From: the human T2T-CHM13v2.0 reference genome, Homo sapiens | Length of the DNA: 64,000 bases | Assembly (NCBI RefSeq): GCF_009914755.1 | Contig: NC_060935.1 | Reading direction: 5' to 3' (one strand) | In this document: positions 1-12,200 of the stretch, piece by piece | How positions within the stretch are numbered: the stretch's first letter is position 1 | Layout: each line of letters begins with the position of its first letter | Translations under genes and position numbers: made by a program | Notes under the pieces: model-generated | What the model was told of the DNA's origin: nothing | Database searches by the model: none | Seen by the model: the letters and a program-made list of their open reading frames with translations, nothing else

Positions 1-246
1 TTTTCATAGGGTGTATAAAATAATGCACACAGCTTTAGCACTCCTGGTATAACAGATGGCTATCATTTGTAACAAAAGAATAACATTGGAAGCCTTCTGA
101 CATGTCCTAGAAGCTTGGTGTGCAAGAAGAATCCCATTACATACATATTGTAATCCCATTACAACATGTTGTAAAGGTATATTCCCCATAGGGAAAGCCC
201 AATAACTAATTCCTTCAAATCTAGAAAACAGACGACTGAGAGTTAA

Positions 247-586
<340 letters not shown>

Positions 587-2184
587 AAGAGTTAATTCTA
601 ATTGCATAAAAATTCTTTGCTTTACAAAATAACATTTTTTAAAAAATTTTTTATTTTTTGCTAAAGAGTCTCTTGAAATAGCCAGATCTCTTTTTGGAGA
701 ATCCAAAATTGGATTTGCTTTACAAAATGTTTATTAGACTCAACTTTTCAGGAGCAAAGCGAGTGTGAAAAAATGGGACATTGCCTGTCAGGCATCAATG
801 GTAAAGTGTCACTTAGTCACAGCGTAAAAAATAAATAAATAAATAAAAAGGCTCACCATTCCATCCCCTAAGCCCACCAAAGTCAAATTGTCCAAATGTG
901 GCAGGTGGCTATTGCAGGCATCTGGTGCTCTCATTCCAGTCAGGAAGGTGAGGCTAGCATTGGGGTGGGGGCGGGGGGCAGACATCAGTAACTGTATGAC
1001 CCTAAACACAGAGTCCGAAGAAGGGACCCCCAGATTACAGACAGCCTTTCCTCCACATATCAGACCCTCTTTCTTTACAAATACAGCAAATACAAGCAGA
1101 TAACTGGGCATCAGTCATTTCTGATGCATTGCAGGAAAGAGCAACAACATACACTGTATCATTCAATTTATCAAGTAAACTACAGGCACTGTGCTAGACT
1201 CAAAGATAGAAAAGAAGACAGGGAGCAAAGAAGAAAACGCACGTTTAGTAAGACACCTGAGTGCCTTCAAAGACCATGCAATGTCTTTAGGTACTGTTCC
1301 CAGCTAGCTTCTCCAACAGAAAAATGAGCATACTCCATTTCAAAGCTGGATTCTGTAACCAAATGCACTATTCATATTTTTCCAAGGCTCCTAAACCAAT
1401 AGTTAACTAGTCTCTTCCAAGATTTAGGGAGGCTGTTGAATTCTTTTCTGGAAGTTCTATGTATTTTGCTAAAAGTTGTGCTCCAAACACTTTACCAAGA
1501 ATTAGGGTCAATGAAGGGGTACTTTGTGCAAGCTACAAATACTTGGAATTTTCATAAGGCAGTTCATTTCTGCCTTCCTGTGAATAATTTCATATTTCTT
1601 CCTTGTAAGACTAGGGTTTGTGTGCTCATGAGTGTCTAGATTGTCAGAATAGAAGGAGTGTTTAATACATTGAGTGGGTCTGGGGCCTGGAGATGAAGAT
1701 GTGAGGGATGCAAGAAGGAGGATCTTGAATCAGATGGAGCGAAAGATAACTTGGAAACTCCAGTGGAGAAAAATGGCTAATTTGGATTGTTTAATTTGTT
1801 CAGGTTTGTGTTTTGGGTTCTGTCACACTTATGTTGAGAAACGTCCCTGCCATCTCTCTAATGCACGCAGTTTATGTTCAGAAACGGGCAGCACAGAGAG
1901 GAATTAGCGGTGGGGGAAATTTTCATCACCACCGGTGATGTGTGCACCGATGGTAGATGGCTATCCAGAGTGTAAAAATGTGATTCTGGGACCAAAGGGT
2001 CAGCTCTAGAACGAAATCAGACAGCTGGAGAACTGAAGATTCAACTCCTCCTAGGCAAGAGAGTGAGAAAGGTGGGTTGCTTGCAGGGTGGAGGTAGGGG
2101 TTGCTCCTCCTAGTTCCTGGGCTGGAGAAGGGCAGGGAACTGGGAAGTGTGTGTCAGAGGCTCGCTATGCTAGGACAAGGTGTT

Positions 2185-2215
2185 GGGGTACTAGGGTGGG
2201 TGGGGGCCTGAGGGG
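2185..2215 (+). other. G-quadruplex motif upstream of the TSS
   Basis: GGGG-TACTA-GGG-T-GGG-T-GGGGG-CCTGA-GGGG: five G-runs with short loops. Confidence 0.6.
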
Positions 2216-2242
2216 TGGCTTGGAGCCCTGGCGGTGGCTGCC

Positions 2243-2250
2243 TGACGTCA
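2243..2250. promoter_or_regulatory. Full palindromic CRE (CREB/ATF site)
   Basis: TGACGTCA just upstream of exon 1, at the 5' edge of the CpG island. Confidence 0.75.
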
Positions 2251-2269
2251 CCGGCCTCTCTGGCAATAG

Positions 2270-2302
2270 GCTGCGAGCTCAGCTCCCTGAAGCGGCGGCG
2301 AA

Positions 2303-2333
<31 letters not shown>

Positions 2334-2432
2334 GCGCGGCTCGGTCTCTGGTCCATTCACTCCACGCTTTCTGCAGCCGCCACTGCAGCCGCGCGGCGGG
2401 GGCTCCCTCCTTGCAGCCAGCCGGCGGTCCAG
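2270..2432 (+). other. C11orf87: C11orf87 exon 1 (5'UTR; TSS approximate)
   Basis: Ends at the strong donor CAG|GTAAGA (GT at 2433-2434); no ATG; lies downstream of the CRE. The exact start cannot be determined from sequence. Confidence 0.75.
2292..2336 (+). repeat. Interrupted CGG/GCG trinucleotide repeat in the 5'UTR: (GCG)3 AAG (GCG)8 (GCA)2 GCG; 9 pure GGC at 2303-2329
   Basis: Counted directly. Confidence 0.95.
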
Positions 2433-2546
2433 GTAAGAGACAAGGTGTGAGTAAAGGCTTCTGATGGCCGGGTGGCCTGACGGCCAGGTGCGAGTGGGGA
2501 GGACAGCTCACGCGGCCTGAGCAGCCACCCCTGGCCATAGCTCCAG

Positions 2547-2574
2547 CCCCCGCCCCTGCCCCCGGCCCCTGCCC
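2547..2574 (-). other. G-quadruplex / i-motif tract in intron 1
   Basis: Five C-runs (CCCCC-G-CCCC-TG-CCCCC-GG-CCCC-TG-CCC) on the + strand. Confidence 0.55.
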
Positions 2575-2891
2575 TGGCTTGCTTGCGCGCTACCTCGCTA
2601 CTCCGCAGTGCAACAGTTTGCAGCTGCCTCTTGGGAGCAGCAAGGAGGCTCTCCTGTGCGCTGCGGGTCTACCGGCTCCAGTATGCCGGAAAAGCCTCGG
2701 GGCCTTTGGGCTGGGTCTGGGAAGGACAGAAAGAAGGTCCCGTTCCCCAAACTTTGCAGGCGGGAACCCTCCCCTTTCCATTCCAGCTCCTCTAGAAAGA
2801 AGCAGGCTACTGCCAAGTTGGGGGCACAGGGAAATGGGGAGGAGGGGGCCGTTTGTGGGAATGTGTCAGCTGAGAAAGATGCTTCAGCTGC

Positions 2892-2917
2892 TTTTTTTTT
2901 TTTTTTTTTTTTTTTTT
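2892..2917. repeat. T26 mononucleotide tract within the CpG island
   Basis: Counted directly; no adjacent Alu or L1 body. Confidence 0.95.
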
Positions 2918-3526
2918 GGAGAGGGGAGAATACCAGGGAAGAAGGCTGGAGAAGAGATGGAGCGCGTTCCTGCGCGTCAGCCGCGGTCGCGGACAGAGGC
3001 AGAGTGGGATGTGGTGCCAGGGGTATCCCCCTGGGAATGGGACCCAAGGGATCTGACGCTGTCCAGGGAGGGCGAGTCTGGACGGGGAGGGAAAGGAAGG
3101 GAGGACTGCGTACCCGGAGCCCGCGCGGCGGCCCGGAGTGGGTGCTGGGAAGGGTAGGATCCAGGCGAAGACATCAACCGAGAGGGCGCAGAAAAGAGGA
3201 GAGCCGGCGCTCTGGGAAGTAGGGACTTCAACCAAAGCGGCTGCGTGTCTGTTGCAATTATAAAGTTGTGAAGGGCGGAAGGGAGGCTGCCTTATCTGCT
3301 GAGTAATCTGCACCTCCGCGGTGCCGGCGCAGACCCCATCCTGTCGAGTGGCATGAGCAGGCTGCTGGTGGCTCTGGTGCACGGCCACGGGCCGGCAGGC
3401 TGGGGTCCGCTGACCGAAAATACAGGCAGCGCCCAGCTCAGGCAGTGTGCCCAGAGGGCCGCTTTGCGGTGGTGGTTGATCTTTCCCGACAGCACTCCCC
3501 TGGGCAGCGGCCGAGATTCTAACTAA

Positions 3527-4396
<870 letters not shown>

Positions 4397-5255
4397 TCGT
4401 CTAGCCCCTCTCGTTCCCCGTCCTCGTTTCCAGCATCTTTGCCACCCTTGCTTTTTTCCTTCTTCCTTCCTTTTCCATTTTCCTCTGGCCCCTCTTTCCT
4501 CTTCCTGGTTTCCTTACCTGCCCTCCCCTTACTCTTGTTTCTCCTCCGCCGAGGCACTGTGCGGTATTTGTAAATATTGGGCGAGGAAAGTCTCGGAAGA
4601 AGAAATAACGCTGATAATAATACTTTATTAATATTTATAGTAATTATTATAATACTAATAACACAATCCAAGCGCATGACAAATCACATAATTTCTAACT
4701 GTCAATGGAGGATGCATCTTCCCATTCCACCCCGCGCTCCCCTCAATTAGGAGGAGAAACCGCACAAGCTACCAAATATATAAAAGGCATTGATTCCCGG
4801 AGCAAAGGGAGGGGAGGGGGCCCGGTAATGTACATAGCTGTCAAGTTAAGATTTAGTTTCCTTCCTTCCCCTCTGACCCCTAAGCTTTCACTTTTCCTTT
4901 AGCTTCCCTTTCCTCCCCATTCCCACCCTCAGCCGGGCTCAGGCAATAGTATATTATAAAGAAAATGTCTACATTAAGCACCAGGACTGCAAGAGGCCAT
5001 AGAGAATAGTCCCCGGAAAGTGTTTATGACAGGTACCCCTCGCCAGTCCGCCCATTTCTCACCCTTTGGTTAACCATTACATTTTCCAGGACAGAGCATT
5101 TAATTTACTTTTTAAAATGACCCTCGCTGGCCGAGCATAAGTACGTTAAAATCTTTAAATGAGTTTTTTTTAAAAAGCTAACGCTTTCATTCCCTGCCCC
5201 GCCCCCACCCGTACACCTTTGACTTGTGACATTTTCAGGATTTACAAAGGATCTG

Positions 5256-5284
5256 GGAGCTGTCCAGCCAGGTCTGGTGCTGAA
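5256..5284 (-). promoter_or_regulatory. Non-canonical (expanded-spacer) RE1/NRSE REST site
   Basis: Minus strand reads TTCAGCACC-AGACCTGGCT-GGACAGCTCC: both half-sites near perfect, spacer 10 bp instead of 2. Confidence 0.65.
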
Positions 5285-8200
5285 GTCGCCTCACCGTTCT
5301 GATTACTTCCTCTAGTTGTGAAGGCAGAGGAGGGGCTGTTTTGGAAAGTGACTATTCTGGCTTTTGGTTGGGTTCTTTCTTCTTTTTCTACAATCGAGTT
5401 AGCGTGTACTATTGGTTTTCTTATTATTAAACATTGCATAAGTTACCTTTTTTGTAAAAAAAAAAAAGTATTAGGTGATGTGCAGTACTGAAAGTGCAGT
5501 ATCTAACCAACTAGAACGTTTGTTTTATTTTTAGAACAAGTGCACCTTTGTTATATATTTAGTATATTGGTACCAAATACAGAAAAAAACTATAGTTCTG
5601 TACTATGTCCTCCAAACTGTATATTATTGTTCTTAATTTCCAGCTGTTGATATAATGGTTACCACTGGATGAGAAATTCAGTGGTGCAGACCTGGCTTCT
5701 GCTGTTTCCAGAAGTGTTCTTTTGTACCTTATTCTGTAGTAGACTGTTATAAAAAGATGACACACACGCTTTATTTTTTCTTTTGCAAATAATAGAAAAA
5801 ACACAACCACAGAAACAAACAAATAATGGATGTGCAAGAATGCCATCTATTAAAAACATGGTTAATATTTAAACAGTGCCTGTAGTTCTCCCTGCATGCA
5901 GTTACCACCTGGAGGCAGTGGTGTGTGTGCTTGCTTGTACTGTATGTGGTTGGGGATGAGACTGGTGGGGATGTTGGGCAATTTGGATGATAAGACATGC
6001 GAATTTCAAGAAAAGCTAGATCCAGTAATTACTTATAGGATACAAATGTTTGCAGCTTGTTTGTTTAGTTACAAATCTGTGCCTGCAGCAAAAGAAAGGC
6101 TCTCTTTCTCAGTCTGTCCTAACTTCACTGAACATACAAAAATACTGAGAAAAAAAGAAAGTGAGAAAATAAGATAAATATTTTATTATTTTCTAATGCC
6201 AGACAAGGCCATCTATGTTAGAAATGGAAGTAGTCTATAGTTATTTACCACCTTGTTTCCTTTGGTTGAATGACAGAAGAAGCCAGAAGCATATTACAAT
6301 ATTAATTATATGCAGTGACATCTCTTCTTGGAAATCAAGCCTTTGACAGCTATTCAAATTTTTGGAAAATGTATGAATGAAAGTGATCTGCAAAAAGCTC
6401 TACCAAGAGAGTCCTTACTATCCTGCAGGGTGTAAGGCAACAGTGCCCCTATGAGCATCCCTCTCCCAAGCAACTCATTGTTCTAAATTGTCTACTTGGT
6501 CCAGACATATGTGCTCTTATCCAGAGGAAACATTACCTCTAATATTTTTGGTCATCTATTAAATTGCCCAAGCTCAGTTTGCATCTTTTATAAAAATAAT
6601 TTAATAAACTTAATTTTAATCACCCATAAGATAATCACCTTTCCTGAAGCACAGAAGATCATCATTGAAGCATGCCATCTTGTAATATTAGGAAGACCAG
6701 GTATAATCTTTGGGTACAATATATTAAACAATGAACCAGTTTTTCTCCAGTGCCTTAGTCACTTCCTAGTAATAGGTAAAAGAGTGCATTAACTCCCTCA
6801 GGCCACTAGGGAATCCTGTAGTGCATCAGAGTTCTACACTGTACATCAGAATGACTAAGGCACTGTGAAGAAGAAAGTCCATTGATTTTTGTAGCTTACC
6901 CTCATCCAGTGGTAGCTCTTTAATACCTTATTACAGAATGACTTTTGGACTTGAAATTTGAATAGAATCAGGGTCCCAGAAGGGAGCTTCATCATTTCCA
7001 ATGAGCTCCAATAAGTGCATGGATATTACTTTCTTTCCCTTATTTGGTGCACTTTCTACAGCGAATAATTTCCCATTTTATTAAAGCAATAAGATGTTCT
7101 GTTGTGAGCAGTGCTGGATAACGATTCCATTTTCTTGGTGCTGAAGCTACGCATATGTTCTTGCCTTATGAATCATAGTATATTCAAGGCATGCAATAAT
7201 AATCCCCTTCCAAGGAGCAGCCTGTACACTCTGTGGGGGTAATTATGAAATTGTCCTACATCATTTCTCCCCAAAGGAATGCAAGGAGCAAGAGAAATAA
7301 AAGCATTATGTATATTGTAAAACAAATGATCTCAATACCTCTCAACGTGGGCACACATCTGTAATACACTTTTATTGTGCAACTTTAAATGTGTGTGCCT
7401 TTCTCCATTAATTGACTGTAGTTTAATATTTTTAATAGTGCTCTGTGTAAAGATGATGCAGTTTGTGAGTCAGATTTCATACTGAGCTTAATATACTCAA
7501 AACCTAAGCTTCCAGTGGTATTACTTGTGATTTTTTTATGAGATAGAGAATTACATGAAATTCTAGTAATCCAGTTTCCACACAAAATTATTTCAATAAG
7601 CACATATCCAAGCAATTTGTACAGACCTTGTTTAAAGCACTGCTTCTTATAGGGCTCAATTGGCAGTCTCAGGAGCTTGGGATGCTACCAACAGGGCATT
7701 TAGGTTTTCATTTTTATGAAACAAAAGGCAATCTGGAAATAGCTAAATTTATTTTAAGGATTTTATTCACTGATGTCCCGTCAAACTAAATGCTTCAAAC
7801 CCCTATAGCTACAGCTTAACTTCTGCACTTGCTATTCAGTATTAATAAGGTGGCATGCTTGATTCTTATTGTTTTTAAAAATGAGAAAATTTGGAGAGAG
7901 AATACTATTATGTCAACGGTACAAGACTCTGAATCTTGAAGATGTAGATGGATATAATATTTAGACTTTATATACACCCATAGATATGTATTTATATATG
8001 CATACGTTTTGTATAAATTTACAATTGACTTTTTGTATTCTCTTTTCTGTCATTACAAGAATGAGATGGAAACCAAAATAGTTGTTCCATCCTCTTACCC
8101 AAAGAGGATACTGAAAAGTCCGGTATGTGCATGCACTTGTTTCTCTGGGGTCAAATCTGAATGACTTTCTCTTTAATAATGAAAGGGGAGAGTCCTGGTT

Positions 8201-9261
8201 AGCTTGGAAAATTGGTAATTAGATAAGCTTCCTTTCCTAGGTTAGTGACTCAAATGTAGCAATGATAATAAAGTTATGACCATATCAATGTGGTCTAAAT
8301 ATCTAGATGGAAAGCAAAAATATCCAGAAGAGGTTTAGGGCCATCTAGACCACAAACCTGGAACCTGGATTGTGGTTTGATTTTTTTCATTTTCAACCTA
8401 TATGTTGTGTAGAAATACAATTTATATCTGCATAGCTAAAGGTAAAGTGAAAATATGACCATTATCTGTTTAGTTTGAGAAATCATTTTTGGATAATATG
8501 GATAAATTAGCTTTAAGAAACTTCTTTGACATCTGACTTTTCCACCATTTCTATCTGTATCAATTGTATTAATTAGATAATGGTTAAATTTTTATTTTTT
8601 TATCATGTAGACATATGCTTTCATGCTTTTCTGTGGGTGAAAGTTGAACAATTGCTAGCTGATATTATGTGGAAGTTACAGGTTAAAGTAGAACCAGAAA
8701 TTTTAATATAATCTGATCAGGTTCCTTAGTCCCATTCCCATGTGAATCTGAACTTTGAATTTGAATCTGAAAGGCCTACTTATTTGGGCCATTTTTTGTT
8801 GGAACTTGTGATTGTAACTCACAGATGTTTCAGTTCATATTAGAATAAATTGCCCAATCTATAAGAGAGTGTTTAATCATTGGAATGAATGTAAATCTGA
8901 TTCTGATTTGGTTATTTATTTGATAACATTTGAGAAACAGCTAATGTGGCTTGACATCAATACTTATTAATGTCTTCAACCTAATAATACAATTGGTGTC
9001 ATGTATGAATGCTTAGCTGACAATAAGAATTTAATCAACTTTATTTGGAGACAATGACTTATCAAGGAGGTCCTACCCATTTGTGGTAGGGATATTTCCC
9101 TTACAGTTGTGATTACAAGGGATTGTTTCTATAGAGAGATGAACAGCAACAACAGTGACAATGATGACAACAGAAAAACTGACTTTTGAACTTGAGTATA
9201 TCCAATAGATAGAAGAAAAAAGATATTAGAATTCATGGAAATTTTGTTTTGCTTTTCTATC

Positions 9262-9267
9262 AATAAA
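9262..9267 (+). terminator. Candidate distal polyadenylation signal AATAAA
   Basis: AATAAA with U-rich sequence on both sides. Alternatives: 5426 (ATTAAA), 5849 (ATTAAA), 7296, 8267, 8844, 9476. Confidence 0.5.
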
Positions 9268-12200
9268 AGAGTTTTCTTGTTAATTGGCTTTTTGGACACT
9301 ATTTCCTTGCCAATTTAATGTACAATATACCAGGATAACATAATTGCTTATTCTATTATACTCAGATGCTCAAAGAAATTATATTGTTTTCAAAAAATTT
9401 TTATAACTCATCTGCTCTTCCTCACAAACCAACTACATCTTAGAAATGGGATGTGTATAAAATTTAGGACAACCCAATAAACAGTCCAGTATAATAATGT
9501 AGCAGCTCCTTTACACAGATGCTCAGGATCTTGAGGTCATATGCTTAAATTCTCAGATTTCCTCTTGCTCTGCCTCTACTTCTCTACTATAATATAATCA
9601 GGTATATTAGGAAGGGATGTGGCTGACATGATTCTGTGCCAGTTAGGGGAAAGGTAGCCTCCAACTTCTGTAAATTCTGAAGGATCCTAGCTTAACCCTG
9701 CTGAAAAGGATCTGCTCCCTAGTTTGAAGTGCTATTGTCCTACTGGCTTTTGTGTTGACATTTACCACAGCAATTTTACACCGTGGACCTTTGCCCTCCA
9801 TCTCAAACTCATACATCCTGACCCCGGCCATCTATAGGTCCACAGTGCTCTCACACATTGTCCCCTTCTTGGAGATTCAGGAACTTCTGGGTGCCCTGCA
9901 TGCCATGGACCTACTGGTGAAAAGCTTGGGTCTATCTTGGGATTATTCATCCATCCACCTCCTCCTCCACCTCAATTCTGCTAATCTTGCTTCGTGTTAG
10001 ATGGTGCCATGAGGGTTTCTTCTGAGGTCTTGAGACCCACAGTAATATATTTAAAGGAAAGGAGTTTGCCATTTATCTCCAATCCTTGAGCTTCTCCAAA
10101 GCTGTTTAGATGTTTTCAAGGCAACATCACTCCTTTTGGCTCCTAAATATGTGTGAAGAGGAGCATGAAAGCTTTAACGGCCACCTGCCTCACTTTTCTC
10201 TTATTTTTCTCAAAATTGTCCCAGACTGCAAGAAGCAAATATTTCCCTTAATGTCTACTTTTCTCTACCTAAGACTTCTTCTACTATGGTTAGTTTCCTG
10301 CTTCTGCAATGGACTTAATCATCTTCTTCCTGATGTCAGCATTATGATTAACTCTTAATGGCAGTTGGACAGGGTGTAAGAGACAGAAAGGTAAGCTTAT
10401 TAATAAGGGATCCTAAATCAGGACATATTTGGAACATATTATGCCACACACCATAATAAATCTCCATATTCCTACAAGGGACATGTGCTCATGATTAAGC
10501 TCCTGCCCTCCCCTTTTCCATGAAGGTGGGAGCTTGATTATCTTACATTTATTTTCATATTCTACTCAATTCCTCTGAATTGGCTAGAAAACCTGATTAC
10601 TAAACCTTATATCACTATTTGTCACTAAGAAGGCACAAACTCTTCCAAATACTGGCCCATTATTTCACCCTATCCCTCACACCCTTTAGGAGCTGCAGAT
10701 AGTGTGTAGGAAATACTTCTCTTGAGCTTGGATAAACTTCTAGTGGATCTTGAATACTGGAGTGGAGATGAGTAGTTACTCGATGTAAAGGCAGCAGCAA
10801 GTAAAGATTGATGATACAACCCTATCCCTAGCCATTGTCCTCTTTATGCCCAGTAGGTATATGTGCTCTAACTTCAGCTGTTTGGCTCAAGAGAGGGATG
10901 AGTAGTAACTCAGCTAGCTCTTACAAGACTAGCATGGTTCCATTCCCCACCTCCTTCAATCTCTCTGGGTGGATTAATTTATGAAATATTAGCTGTGTAT
11001 TCTCTTTCTGATTAGTTGTTGAAATCCAATCACTTCTTCCCAAAATACCATCTCCAGATATGTTCCAGGCTTGAACTGATGCTGATAATATTGGGTTTCC
11101 CTCTCTCAAAAAGTGGCTCTACTTTTTAAGACTTTAAAGAAGAAGAAGAAGCTCTTGTGATAACCTTTCTTAACCCCTCTTTTCTAACTTATGCTGAATA
11201 TACTCTATGTGCATTTGCAAATCCTCTCTCTTCTTGGATCATGACCTTAACTCAGGATTTTAAATTTTAGCCTAGAGGTTTGTAGTCACTTTGTGGTACA
11301 AAATTTTCTGCACATGGAATCTCAAAAATTTAGGAAAGCCGCTACTAACCTCAATGTATTTAAGTGGCAAAAATGCATTGTGATGACAAAAATACTCTTC
11401 ACATACAGATGTGCAAAACAAATGTGGCTATTTTATTTTCCTATAATTTATCTTATCTTCCTCACAGGGACCTATTTGCTTGGTAGTTCTCTTAAGAAAG
11501 TCACCACATTATCAAATTTTCTCTTTCCTGTGCCCCTTTCCAAGGCTGTGTCTGGGTATAATTTATGTTATCTCATGGTGGCAGAGGAAAAAGCCTCCTC
11601 AGATCTATGCAGAGTTAAAGGAATCCTCGCTGGTTCAGCTGGAGAGTGGCCAGTCTGGTTTGCTTCCCAAACTGGTGGCTGCTATGCTACAGCAAGTCCT
11701 ATCTTGTACCCCCAGATGGAGCCTAGGATCCTGGACAATTTTCCAGAATCTCAAACTTTGAGTCTACAGTGACTTTTTGTTCCAATTGAAGAATTTTGCT
11801 GTTTTACTGTATTCTAAGCATCCCTGGGCTCCTTTAACTGCGACAAATGGGAATTTCTGGGTTCCATTCAGATGATAGAAAACAAGAAGCCTTCTAGTAG
11901 CCTACTGCCATGACCATCATCCCATTGCCACTGCCTTCTTGTTGGAAACAGGAAAGTACAGTAGCTCTCCCTATTAAGGGTTCCCACTAGTAGAGACACA
12001 GATACTTGCTAAAGCCCTTACTACCCTCAAAGTACTCTGGCTTCCTGATCCTATCAGAATGCTTGTTATTGGATCCTTCTGTATTGCAACTTTTCTCTGA
12101 ATCAAGGGGCTTGGGGAGGAAGAGTCTTACAATTCATCTTCCTCAATCAATATTAGACTCCTCTCTCTTCCCTCCCCAAATTACCCAGGACTGGAAGGGA

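Larger units (their letters stand above)
4397..9290 (+). other. C11orf87: Long 3'UTR of C11orf87 (3' end approximate)
   Basis: Essentially repeat-free, AU-rich sequence after the stop, with Pumilio elements, miRNA seed matches and several PAS hexamers. Confidence 0.6.

Noticed and set aside
4974-4993. Second RE1-like site TTAAGCACC-A-GGACTGC (also half-sites near 2991 and 3056)
   Set aside because: 1-bp spacer with mismatches in both halves; the others are isolated half-sites.
5266-5697. 11-nt complementarity between 5266-5276 and 5687-5697
   Set aside because: An 11-bp match somewhere within a 5-kb UTR is expected by chance.
11293-11772. 159-aa ORF in mostly unique sequence
   Set aside because: GTG start, no recognisable motif, no convincing exon boundaries or promoter.
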